NCBI GenBank assembly: GCA_963739305.1
Contig: CAVTZU010000008.1
Coordinates: 1 to 64,000 of the forward strand
Origin: Candidatus Bathyarchaeota archaeon
GTDB taxonomy: Archaea; Thermoproteota; Bathyarchaeia; Bathyarchaeales; Bathycorpusculaceae
Length of the DNA stretch: 64,000 bases
Reading direction: 5' to 3'
The first letter of the stretch is position 1. Each line of letters opens with the position of its first letter. A program made the translations under genes and the position numbers. The notes under the pieces were generated by a model that worked only from the letters and a program-made list of their open reading frames with translations, was not told the DNA's origin and made no database searches. Positions 9,414-17,840 of the stretch are shown here, piece after piece.

Positions 9414-10838
9414 TTACTTTCCAAAATCTTGCGAAATCAAAATCATATCGTAGATGTCGACTTGCCCGTCATGGTTTTGATCAGCTGCGGAATTCCATTT
9501 TGGGTCTCCCACAACGCACCCGAAAGAGTCGACGGCTAGGATGTAATTGAAAATATCAACGTTGCCGTTGGAATTCACATGTCCAAATTTGCCTGTTTTC
9601 ACAGACGAGTCTGTGGATTCGCCAATGGAAGCCAATATTTGAAGCCTTATTTGGAAAGGCGGCGTCGAGCCTGCTATCCAAGCGACAGCTGGGTTTCCGA
9701 CGCAGGACTCCGAGGTTCTGGTTCGGCGCACGTAATCAGAGTTGACTTCATCCACTTTCACGTCTTTGACCCAATTCACATAGTCCATCGAGTATGCCGC
9801 CAGTACTTGGTTTGTTTCAGCGTTTATGTAGAAGAAGTATATTCTGCCCGTGACAGTGTCGAAAGTAGCTGAACTGTCGCCTCCCCAATAGCTTTGGTTC
9901 AGCAGAAAGTCGCTGAAATACCAGCTTCCGTTGTAAACGGCAAGTTTCAGGTTTGTGACATAATCCCAGTGCGAGTATAGCATATACATTGTTCCGTTGA
10001 CCACTGTTTCGCACTGAGCCTTGTATAACCCATAATCCAAGTCGGCACCTGAAGTCGCGTATTCGTTGCTCCACTCTGAACCGTTGTAGAACATGTAGTT
10101 GAACTCGTTGCCTCCCCAACTTCCATAGAGGGCCATGAGCCTGCTGTCTTCTACGTACTTCAAAGTCACCTGTGAAACGTATCCGCCGTTTGCGTTGATC
10201 CAATCTTTGCTGAGGTCCCAAGTGACAAAGTCAGTTGTAGAGAAGATTGCGCATCTGTATTCAATTCCTCCATAAAGGTATTCGATGGTCAGCCAATGTC
10301 TATCGAAGGCATAATCACCCCAATAATCGCAGATTCTCCCGCCGATTTCAGGCCCGCTCAGTAGAACAGTTGGCGTTTCCCAAGTAATGTTTCTTGAAGA
10401 TATTGTTCCCATTCTGGTTCTGACGATGCAATCGAAGAAAGAATCGCTGGAGAAGGCTTGCATTGACGTGTATGCAACGACCACCGTATCGTTAAACTGG
10501 TAGAGACTGAAGTACACGGAGATGTTCGCATCTTCCGCCGCGATTTGCGGGTCACTCCAGTTTTCACCGTCCGAAGAAGATTTGTAAAGGATCACGCCGT
10601 CGGTGCACGCTACGTCTGAACCGTTGAAGTAGAAAACAAACCAGTATCCGTCATGGAAGAAAATCTGATTTCCCTTTGTGCCAATTGGATAGTTGAATTC
10701 AGTTTCTGCCACTACGGAAGGAGCATTTGACGCTGAACTTGACCCGTACATTAAAGAGGTCTGCCGACCAAGCGGAAACAACCCGAACAGGATAAGGATG
10801 GAAAACACCGCAATGCTTGCCTTGAGCAAGACCCCCAT
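9414..10838 (-). CDS. Secreted beta-propeller-like (Asp-box/BNR-like) protein with C-terminal dockerin
   Basis: Signal peptide from MGVLLK (10838); Asp-box-like YKSSSDGENW, STTDFVTW, YSMDYVNW; C-terminal ADQNHDGQVDIYD dockerin loop. Confidence 0.75.
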   Translation of the reverse strand: MGVLLKASIAVFSILILFGLFPLGRQTSLMYGSSSASNAPSVVAETEFNYPIGTKGNQIFFHDGYWFVFYFNGSDVACTDGVILYKSSSDGENWSDPQIAAEDANISVYFSLYQFNDTVVVAYTSMQAFSSDSFFDCIVRTRMGTISSRNITWETPTVLLSGPEIGGRICDYWGDYAFDRHWLTIEYLYGGIEYRCAIFSTTDFVTWDLSKDWINANGGYVSQVTLKYVEDSRLMALYGSWGGNEFNYMFYNGSEWSNEYATSGADLDYGLYKAQCETVVNGTMYMLYSHWDYVTNLKLAVYNGSWYFSDFLLNQSYWGGDSSATFDTVTGRIYFFYINAETNQVLAAYSMDYVNWVKDVKVDEVNSDYVRRTRTSESCVGNPAVAWIAGSTPPFQIRLQILASIGESTDSSVKTGKFGHVNSNGNVDIFNYILAVDSFGCVVGDPKWNSAADQNHDGQVDIYDMILISQDFGK

Positions 10839-11033
10839 CTCAAGTTGCACCAATAGTCTGTTTGATGAGCTAAAAGATAAGTCTTTTGAAGATCGTCTCC
10901 CACAGCGACACGTCACGTTTCGCAAATTAGTGCGCGCTAGTTGTTGTTTTGAGTTTTTGCGGGTTGGAGCGCGAGCGTGATGCGAGCGCGACAATAATGG
11001 TTAAGCATTATACTGAATAGAAAAAGGGGGATT

Positions 11034-11079
11034 TGTGGTGTTTGGGTTTGGGTTTGGGATAAAACTTTACCCCCAACCA
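11034..11079 (-). repeat. Cassette-boundary palindrome copy 3 (reverse)
   Basis: TGTGGTGTTTGGGTTTGGGTTT-GGGATAAAACTTTACCCC-CAACCA; core 11056-11073. Confidence 0.88.
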
Positions 11080-11129
11080 GCGCAATCTTATATTTGTTGA
11101 ATCGTAACTGTAGTGATGAGGTCTACTGA

Positions 11130-11243
11130 ATGGGAATCATTCAAAAGAAATGTTCAATTTGCGGAAAAGTCTTTACGACATTAGATAACAAAAACAAATA
11201 TTGCAGTGCCCAATGCGCTGGAAAAGCAAATAAGAAAAAATAA
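11130..11243 (+). CDS. 37-aa zinc-finger microprotein (CxxC...YCSxxC)
   Basis: Translated by hand: MGIIQKKCSICGKVFTTLDNKNKYCSAQCAGKANKKK; GATGAGGT SD-like and TTATATTT TATA-like upstream; below ORF-track cutoff. Confidence 0.7.
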   Translation: MGIIQKKCSICGKVFTTLDNKNKYCSAQCAGKANKKK

Positions 11244-11590
11244 AGACGTCTCAAAAAACCACCATTCTTCGATACGCCCTAATAACGTCCGGTCTACTTA
11301 TGGAAGATTCAACGTTCTTTCTGGAAGAATAGCCATAATTGTCTATAGCAGCATAAAGCAGTCCGTCCTTGGGTAGCGAGCTTTAACTCAACGGTTTCTC
11401 ATAAGACTTAGCTGGTTAAAGTCGAAATAATCATGGCGTCTATGATGATATCACGTCAGTATGAAGGGATTTAAGTTTGGTTCTTTTTTCCCAAGATGAT
11501 TTGACATTAAATTGATTCTGAGGCGCCACAACACCATCTTCTAAAGTAGGCTCACAATGAGCTTGCAGAGCAACTGAAAGAAGAGAAAAA

Positions 11591-11629
11591 GGGTAAAGTT
11601 TTATCCCCAAAACCCCAAAACCCCCAAAC
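11591..11629 (+). repeat. Cassette-boundary palindrome copy 4 (forward, left arm missing)
   Basis: GGGTAAAGTTTTATCCCC-AAAACCCCAAAACCCCCAAAC. Confidence 0.82.
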
Positions 11630-11721
11630 GTGCGCGTACCCCATCTGTCTCTGTCAGTTAGTCACACACAATTGCATAGAAAACCAAAACTCACACACAC
11701 CCAAGAAAGAGCGCGCGTCTG

Positions 11722-12033
11722 TTATGGGATTATTTGGGCGTCTGCGCAACCGCTGATTAGATTTGTTATTTTTATTTTTAGGTGTTCGTTGGGTTTTGCG
11801 TTGCTGATGAAGATTGGAAAGCCTTTGATTCTGGCGATGCCTTCCCCGTTTGGACTCATATCTACTATGTCTACTTCGTATTCTTCCCCAATTTTAATAG
11901 GGTAATTTATGCCTTTGCCGTGTTTGTTTTTTGCGTTTCTTGGAGCTCGCTTTTTGGGACTAAAAAAACATTCCTCGCTTTCAACATTAAATGTTAAGAA
12001 ATGCATTCCAAAGGCATAAGCGTTTTGTCTCAA
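11722..12033 (-). CDS. Single TRAM-domain RNA-binding protein
   Basis: PIKIGEEYEVDIVDMSPNGEGIARIKGFPIFI..AKPNE is a typical archaeal TRAM; true start probably near 11970 (GAGGA-ATG followed by a T7 run is one base out of frame). Confidence 0.85.
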   Translation of the reverse strand: MRQNAYAFGMHFLTFNVESEECFFSPKKRAPRNAKNKHGKGINYPIKIGEEYEVDIVDMSPNGEGIARIKGFPIFISNAKPNEHLKIKITNLISGCADAQIIP

Positions 12034-12116
12034 CCCTGCTAAGAAAAAAGTTAAAGAAACAGACTAGTAGGCTCAGGTGCTATAGACAGCGCGCGTGTCT
12101 AGAATTGTTCCTAAAA

Positions 12117-12149
12117 TTGTGTGTGGGGAAGTCTTATCCCAAACACAAC
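12117..12149 (+). repeat. Cassette-boundary palindrome copy 5 (forward, 2-bp core deletion)
   Basis: TTGTGTGT-GGGGAAGTCTTATCCC-AAACACAAC; core 12125-12140. Confidence 0.75.
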
Positions 12150-12277
12150 TATTTCGTACCTTTCGAATGTTTTGCAGGAAGCGAAACCTGTTTTTTCTCT
12201 TTTCTTTTCAGTTCTTTCTCTCGCTGCAATTTCTTATGCTGCTCTAAACCTGCAGCTTTCTTTTCTTTTCTTGACAA
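12149..12277 (-). CDS. Putative 42-aa lysine-rich basic microprotein
   Basis: Translated by hand from TTG: MSRKEKKAAGLEQHKKLQREKELKRKEKKQVSLPAKHSKGTK; stop abuts palindrome copy 5. Confidence 0.45.
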   Translation of the reverse strand: MSRKEKKAAGLEQHKKLQREKELKRKEKKQVSLPAKHSKGTK

Positions 12278-12471
12278 AACCACATCAACCTTGACTGGCA
12301 ATAGAAGCGTTACGCATTCTAAAGCGTTGTCCTTTTGTCTGCACCTGAAGGGGCGTATACTCGATTCGTATACTACCCCTATATCCTGCTCTTACTGTTC
12401 TTCCTTGCCTGTATTCCTGCTGCTGGATACTATTGCCTGAATCCCGTATACGCCCTGCTAGAAGCATCGTA

Positions 12472-12509
12472 GTTTGGTTTGGTTTGGGGTAAAGTTTTAT
12501 CCCACACAG
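12472..12509 (+). repeat. Cassette-boundary palindrome copy 6 (forward)
   Basis: GTTTGGTTTGGTTT-GGGGTAAAGTTTTATCCC-ACACAG; core 12486-12503. Confidence 0.88.
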
Positions 12510-12579
12510 GTGCGGTGGAACACCAATGCTAAATAGATTCTCTGGTTTACATAGAAAGAGTCTGGGGCATGGGAGCACT

Positions 12580-13644
12580 ATGATACTGATCAAAGAGGCC
12601 ACTGAGGACGATAATGATGCTCTTAATGAACTTCAGAAGAAATGTCCGATGGGCACCAGCATGGTTATTGGAATCGACAGCTCGCCCGACTATTTTGCCC
12701 GTTCTAGACCATTCAAAGAGTGGCAGGTTCTCGTGGCAGTTGAGAATAGTACAATAGTTGGTTCTGCCGCATACGCAATAATCGATACCTGCGTTGAAGA
12801 AAAACAGCTTAAGACTGCCTTTGAGTATGGTTTCATCGTTGACCCTCTTCACAGGCGAAAAGGAATTGCGGAACAACTTCAAAGGCACATCGAGCACGTC
12901 GTGCTGGAGAAGGATGTCAAACTATTGCACCTAGACATAATCGAGGACAACATGCCTTCGATAGACTTATTTTCCAAAATGGGATTCAAGAAAGTGAAAG
13001 ACTGCACAATATTTTCCCTGATGCCTTACAAGAAGCAGAAAACTGCAGGAGAGGCAAACATAAGGAGTATGAACGAGGCTGACGTTGATGATGTAACAAA
13101 CCTGATCAACGAAATGTACCGCGCCTACGATTTCTTCGCTCCTTTCCAACCTAAGGACTTCCTAGAGTATGTCAAGCGAATGCCATACTTCGAGTTTCAC
13201 AACATCCTCGTTCTTGAAGACAACAGTGGCATTAAAGCCTGTCTGGGATACTGGGATCACAGCAAAGTAAGAAGATACATTGTAGAGAAAATGAACCGGA
13301 CATTGAAAATACAGACATACTTGATGAAGTTGATTGGCTTATTTACCGAAATGCCTAGAATTCCCAAGCCTGGCGAACCAATGCTGAACTACAACTTGAC
13401 AGCTATGGCTTGCAGGAACTCAGAAAGCATGACAGAATTGATAAAACATACAGTCAACATTGCTCTCGAGAATAAGGTCAACCAGATCATTGCAGCGGTA
13501 GACCCAAGAAACCCGATAGCTGTGAACTTCTCAAAGTTCAGACACACTGAGATGAAACTACATTTTTTCACCAAATCGCTCAGACAGGAAAGATTACCGA
13601 ACCTTGGACAAAGGAAACTCTACGTTGACGCAAATCAAATGTAA
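12580..13644 (+). CDS. GNAT family N-acetyltransferase (tandem GNAT fold)
   Basis: VDPLHRRKGIA acetyl-CoA motif, NMPSIDLFSKMGF; second repeat NIRSMNEAD; ATG 12580 after GGGAG. Confidence 0.85.
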   Translation: MILIKEATEDDNDALNELQKKCPMGTSMVIGIDSSPDYFARSRPFKEWQVLVAVENSTIVGSAAYAIIDTCVEEKQLKTAFEYGFIVDPLHRRKGIAEQLQRHIEHVVLEKDVKLLHLDIIEDNMPSIDLFSKMGFKKVKDCTIFSLMPYKKQKTAGEANIRSMNEADVDDVTNLINEMYRAYDFFAPFQPKDFLEYVKRMPYFEFHNILVLEDNSGIKACLGYWDHSKVRRYIVEKMNRTLKIQTYLMKLIGLFTEMPRIPKPGEPMLNYNLTAMACRNSESMTELIKHTVNIALENKVNQIIAAVDPRNPIAVNFSKFRHTEMKLHFFTKSLRQERLPNLGQRKLYVDANQM

Positions 13645-13678
13645 CTATCGTTCACATTCACCCTGCAGCATACGACGA

Positions 13679-13723
13679 TTTTGGTTGGTTGGATAAGACT
13701 TTACCCCCAAACCCAAACACACA
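13679..13723 (-). repeat. Cassette-boundary palindrome copy 7 (reverse)
   Basis: TTTTGGTTGGTT-GGATAAGACTTTACCCC-CAAACCCAAACACAC; core 13691-13707; between convergent genes. Confidence 0.88.
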
Positions 13724-13744
13724 GAGAACTCACTTGAATTTGGA

Positions 13745-14674
13745 CTACTCACGTTTCTTGAAGAAAATGCCCAAGTTGCGAGGAAGACTGTCAAGGTAGT
13801 CCACTAGACTTAGACGCTCCAGTTTCCTTTGTGCTGTGGCTGGCAGCTTGTCATATGGTACACCTTCTAAGAGTAGAGCGGTTTCTTCCTCGGAGAATTC
13901 CTCTTCCTCTCCTGTCCATTGTATAACTTCTTTGTTCTGTGGACAGACTCTTTGGCAGCGCATACATCCTACGACGCAGTTATGCCACGAAGCATCCATC
14001 CACTTGGGAAACGGAACGTCGCCTTTCTTTTCATTATGATAAGAGATGCATCGTTCAGCACGCAGAAGGAAGCGGTCAGAAGGAATGGCTTCTGTGGGGC
14101 AAGCTCGGCGACACAGTTCACATTCCTCGCAGCTCTTCATCATCGTTGCTTCCTGCCAAGAGTCTTCTTCACAAGGCATATCAGAATAGACGGCAACTAG
14201 CTGGAGAAAACTTCCCAGCCCAGATACATAGCAAATATTGTTCCTGCCATATTGAACGAGACCACTTCGAGCTGCCAGCAGTTTGAGGGGCAGTGCCGTT
14301 CTTGCTGATTTGTAACCTTTTTCTCTAAATATTTTTGCTAGAAGATTTTCAACTTGTTTCGCTATGTCATCGTATGCTGTGTAAGTAGGAGGAAGAATCA
14401 GTGGACGTCGTTGTCCATTCCAGACAAAAATCGCTCGAGTCTGGGGTCTTGGGACAGCTACAACAATCAAGGATTGTGCTTTCGGCAGGTCTTCAGGAAT
14501 TTGGAAGTTGAACCAAGCAAGGCGGTCTTGATAGAACTGACCATCAAGGAAGGCATGACTACGCAGCTTTTCTATCTCTTTCTGCAACTCCTGCAAATGA
14601 AAGGCAGAGACAATTCGTGCCTGAAAGCCACGCTCTCCTAAGCGAACAAACAAGTTATCGACAAAACTGTCCAT
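13745..14674 (-). CDS. 4Fe-4S double-cluster protein, QueG/reductive dehalogenase-like
   Basis: LPLKLLAARSGLVQYGRNNI, CEECELCRRACPTEAI, RCIS, CVVGCMRCQRVCP. Confidence 0.8.
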   Translation of the reverse strand: MDSFVDNLFVRLGERGFQARIVSAFHLQELQKEIEKLRSHAFLDGQFYQDRLAWFNFQIPEDLPKAQSLIVVAVPRPQTRAIFVWNGQRRPLILPPTYTAYDDIAKQVENLLAKIFREKGYKSARTALPLKLLAARSGLVQYGRNNICYVSGLGSFLQLVAVYSDMPCEEDSWQEATMMKSCEECELCRRACPTEAIPSDRFLLRAERCISYHNEKKGDVPFPKWMDASWHNCVVGCMRCQRVCPQNKEVIQWTGEEEEFSEEETALLLEGVPYDKLPATAQRKLERLSLVDYLDSLPRNLGIFFKKRE

Positions 14675-14706
14675 GACTCATGACAACATGTTCATTTTTA
14701 TAAAAG

Positions 14707-14753
14707 TTTGGTTGGTGGTTGGTTGGGGTAAAGTTTTTTTTATCCCACACACA
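14707..14753 (+). repeat. Cassette-boundary palindrome copy 8 (forward, expanded T run)
   Basis: TTTGGTTGGTGGTTGGTT-GGGGTAAAGTTTTTTTTATCCC-ACACACA; core 14725-14746. Confidence 0.85.
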
Positions 14754-14767
14754 TTTTTGCGTCCGGT

Positions 14768-15187
14768 TCAGCTTCGTCGTTCTGCCTTCTGAGCGCCTTT
14801 CGCTGACACTTCATAATACTTCTTCCAGTCTATCTGTGTGACTTCAAGAATGTTCCCATCGGGGTCCGTGAAAGCTGCTTGCTTCCCACCCCAAGTTTCT
14901 TCGTGCAGGTCATTCTTGAAGTTCACGCCTTTCGCCTTCAACTTCTGATAAACCTCATTGACGTTGCTCACAAGGAACTCTACTGTGTTCGATACATTGC
15001 TTAGAGCATTTTCTTTGGGTTTCGGCATCAAGCCTATTTCCACGCCGCCACATTCAAAGCCAACGTAACTTGAGAACTCGTACTTCTTTTCCAAGCCCAA
15101 TACCTCTTCATAGAACTTGGCAGCCTTCTTCAAGTCTGAGACGTAAAGAGTTATGCCCCAAACAGTTTTAATCATTGCGTCCCCCAA
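14768..15187 (-). CDS. VOC/glyoxalase family protein
   Basis: LYVSDLKKAAKFYEEVLGL and WGGKQAAFTDPDGNILEV. Confidence 0.9.
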   Translation of the reverse strand: MGDAMIKTVWGITLYVSDLKKAAKFYEEVLGLEKKYEFSSYVGFECGGVEIGLMPKPKENALSNVSNTVEFLVSNVNEVYQKLKAKGVNFKNDLHEETWGGKQAAFTDPDGNILEVTQIDWKKYYEVSAKGAQKAERRS

Positions 15188-15235
15188 TGCTGAGGCAACC
15201 GAGAATCCAAATAAATCCTTTCATATTCTGGATTC

Positions 15236-15269
15236 GGGGCGTATAGAAAGTTTTATCCCACCAACCACC
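15236..15269 (+). repeat. Cassette-boundary palindrome copy 9 (right half, degenerate left)
   Basis: GGGGCGTATAG-AAAGTTTTATCCC-ACCAACCACC; marks the right end of the first accessory island. Confidence 0.65.
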
Positions 15270-15471
15270 TCCGCACCATCCTTCAGCGCAGGGATCGTGA
15301 TTCGTCTTTCGCGCGCGCGGCGACGACTACCACGCCAAAACAGCCAGAACAGAAACAGAAGCTCTCAAACAGATAGAAGCAGGATTCGATTATGTGTGTG
15401 AAGTAGGAGAGGTTAAACTGTTCAGAAAACGAAAATGGCCAGAAGGTTTCATCACACGGAAAAAAGCATGA

Positions 15472-15768
15472 TTAAAACTTCACGATTTGAGCGTGCGGTA
15501 TTCCCTCAATTCTCAAAACAGCTTCAGGGTGAACGTAGCCTTTCTCTATCGCTTTTTTCACAACGTTCTTGCCGACCATATTCACTATCGTCGAGGACTC
15601 GATCATTGATACGGCTTCTTCAATGTTGACTCGAGCACCTTTGTAGAAATTCTCTTTCACGCAGAAAACGATCTTGCCTTCACGAAATGTTCTACCCAAG
15701 ATCTCCGTGTCACACATGCAGAGAAGAACGTTTCTTCCGATCTTTGTGAGATTCATGTACACGTCCAA
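15472..15768 (-). CDS. DUF424 family protein
   Basis: CDTEILG..F, FYKG, IVNMVG, GIPHAQ; adjacent to aIF-2beta. Confidence 0.85.
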   Translation of the reverse strand: MDVYMNLTKIGRNVLLCMCDTEILGRTFREGKIVFCVKENFYKGARVNIEEAVSMIESSTIVNMVGKNVVKKAIEKGYVHPEAVLRIEGIPHAQIVKF

Positions 15769-15780
15769 TAGGGAACACTC

Positions 15781-16209
15781 TTACAACTGCTTGATTGACG
15801 ATCTCGCACCGCAGGCTTCGCAAACAATGAAGGACAAACGTTTTTCTTTGACGACTTTCGTATCTGGTAGTTTGCACACTGGACACACGACGAATGTTTC
15901 TTGATACCTCTGAATGAGCCTCAGAAACGTGTCTTCAGAGAACTTGCCTTGGAAGATAACTCTCGAACCTTGTATGGTTGCGGCCGTGGCCATTTCTCCA
16001 GACAGGTACTTTAGCAAGTGTTGAGGATCACGGTCTAGAGCCTCAGCTACTTCCTTGAAGTTGAAGATCACAGTTCGCATACCGATTCTAGCGTAATTGA
16101 GCTTGGGCAACTCTAAACGTGCACGCTTTGAAGCTACCTCTGGAATCTGGGAGCGTGCCTTCTTCAGTAGCATATCATAATCGTATGACATTTTGAACCT
16201 CCAGAACAA
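15781..16209 (-). CDS. eif2b: Translation initiation factor aIF-2 beta subunit
   Basis: NFKEVAEALDRDPQHLLKYL, CPVCKLPDT...CEACGA zinc ribbon. Confidence 0.95.
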   Translation of the reverse strand: MFWRFKMSYDYDMLLKKARSQIPEVASKRARLELPKLNYARIGMRTVIFNFKEVAEALDRDPQHLLKYLSGEMATAATIQGSRVIFQGKFSEDTFLRLIQRYQETFVVCPVCKLPDTKVVKEKRLSFIVCEACGARSSIKQL

Positions 16210-16355
16210 TCAAAACGCATGATACTATTAAAGACTTTACCGTAGATTCGCCTCTTTTTGTAAAAAGCGCTTATCGAACGGACTTGACCATCAAATTCTT
16301 CTGTGTTGGAAAATCATAATAGCCCGGCTGAACAAACAAACCATCCGGGACCATT

Positions 16356-16868
16356 GTGGGCCACGTGTATCTTTATACTGGTACTGGAGCAGGAAAGACC
16401 GCGAATGCGCTTGGTTTGGCCTTGCGGTCCGTAGGACACAAGCACAAAGTCGTCATAATTCAGTTTCTCAAATGGTGGAAAAACACTGGCGAGTTTCAGG
16501 TGCAGAAAATGCTCGAACCCTACTATGAAATCTACCAGTTTGGCAGAAAAGGCTGGATCGGTCTGAGCAGTTTGGGAGACGAAGACAAGAAATTGGCTGA
16601 AAAAGCCCTAGGGTTTGCCGAAAAAATCCTTAAGGAAAAGAAGCCGGCCCTGCTCGTTTTGGATGAGATCAACCTCGCAGTGTACTGCCAACTCTTGGAT
16701 CCAAGGAAGGTTCTGGAGTTTCTTGACAGAATCTCAGGCGACACGGATGTTGTGTTAACGGGAAGATTCGCAACGAAAGAGCTGCTCGACAGAGCAGACT
16801 TTGTAAACGAGATCAAAGACGTAAAATCGCCCAAGACAATCGTTACGAGGGAAGGAATACAATACTAG
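16356..16868 (+). CDS. cobO: Cob(I)yrinic acid a,c-diamide adenosyltransferase (CobO/BtuR)
   Basis: YTGTGAGKT P-loop, IQFLK, LVLDEIN, VVLTGR, ADFVNEI. Confidence 0.9.
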   Translation: MGHVYLYTGTGAGKTANALGLALRSVGHKHKVVIIQFLKWWKNTGEFQVQKMLEPYYEIYQFGRKGWIGLSSLGDEDKKLAEKALGFAEKILKEKKPALLVLDEINLAVYCQLLDPRKVLEFLDRISGDTDVVLTGRFATKELLDRADFVNEIKDVKSPKTIVTREGIQY

Positions 16869-16884
16869 GTCGCAGGAAAGACAA

Positions 16885-17748
16885 TTGACAAGGGCCAAAC
16901 GAAAACTCCTTGCGACGAGCACTTCTGACCGAGGCTATGAGAAAACCGTCAGAGACTACTATTCAAAGATGGCTCTGAAGGAATGGAGGAGGCTTGCCCG
17001 AGACGCTTACCATCAACTGGAATTCAAAACCACAATGCACTACCTGAAAAAGTATCTTCCATCAGACGGTTACGTTCTCGATGCAGGTGGCGGTCCTGGC
17101 AGGTACACGATTGCACTGGCGGAAATGGGTTACGACGTCGCTCTGGTCGATTTTACGCCTGAATTATTGACCGCAGCAAGAATTCAAATCAAGAAGGCAG
17201 GAGTAAGAGAGCACGTCAAACTCGTCGCCCAAGGCACCATTTGCGATCTTTCACGATTTGACGATGCGACTTTTGAGGCAGTTGTTTGCCTGGGTGGTCC
17301 ACTTAGTCACGTCTTGGATCGCGCAATAAGAAAGAAGAGCATCAACGAATTGATACGTGTTGCCAAGAAAGGGGCGCCGATATTTGTTTCTGTTATCGGA
17401 CGACCGGCTCTTCTCGTAACTGAACTCACGCGTTTTCCTCAGGAAATAGAGCTTCCCTATTTCCCGGTCGTAAGAGACAATGGCGACTATTGCGGTGGAT
17501 ATGGATTTGCTCCCTGCCATTTCTATAGTCCTGATGAGCTTAGACAAGACTTTGAAAAGGCTGGAGCAACGGTGTTACGGATGGTTGGTCTTGAAGGGCT
17601 GGCGAGTGGGCATCAGAAAGAGACAATTCGACTCTTCAAAGAATACCCTGTCGCTTGGAAAATATGGTGGGAAACCCACTTGAAGACCTGCACTGATCTC
17701 GTGAGCGTTGGGATAAGCGAGCACTTCATGATAATCTGCAGAAAGTAG
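16885..17748 (+). CDS. Class I SAM-dependent methyltransferase
   Basis: VLDAGGGPGRY motif I, FEAVVCLGGPLSH. Confidence 0.88.
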   Translation: MTRAKRKLLATSTSDRGYEKTVRDYYSKMALKEWRRLARDAYHQLEFKTTMHYLKKYLPSDGYVLDAGGGPGRYTIALAEMGYDVALVDFTPELLTAARIQIKKAGVREHVKLVAQGTICDLSRFDDATFEAVVCLGGPLSHVLDRAIRKKSINELIRVAKKGAPIFVSVIGRPALLVTELTRFPQEIELPYFPVVRDNGDYCGGYGFAPCHFYSPDELRQDFEKAGATVLRMVGLEGLASGHQKETIRLFKEYPVAWKIWWETHLKTCTDLVSVGISEHFMIICRK

Positions 17749-17840
17749 AGACGACGACGCTGTTTTGCGACTGCCAGATCGTTCTGCTTGAATGGTTTAA
17801 GAAAACTTAAAAAACCCTCCTCGATGTCTAAGTCACGACG

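Noticed and set aside
12349-12454. GGGCGTATAC...GTATACGCCC inverted repeat (GGGCGTATA also at 15237)
   Set aside because: Only 10 bp with no target duplication or transposase; insufficient for a MITE call.
6350-15269. Palindromic repeats as a CRISPR array
   Set aside because: Spacing is 0.3-2.7 kb with whole genes between copies, orientation varies, and no cas genes are present.
6350-15269. Repeats as classical integron attC or Xer dif sites
   Set aside because: No GTTRRRY/RYYYAAC ends, no IntI, cassettes lie in both orientations, and the centre is TAA-N4-TTA rather than the N6 of dif. Kept only as an analogy.
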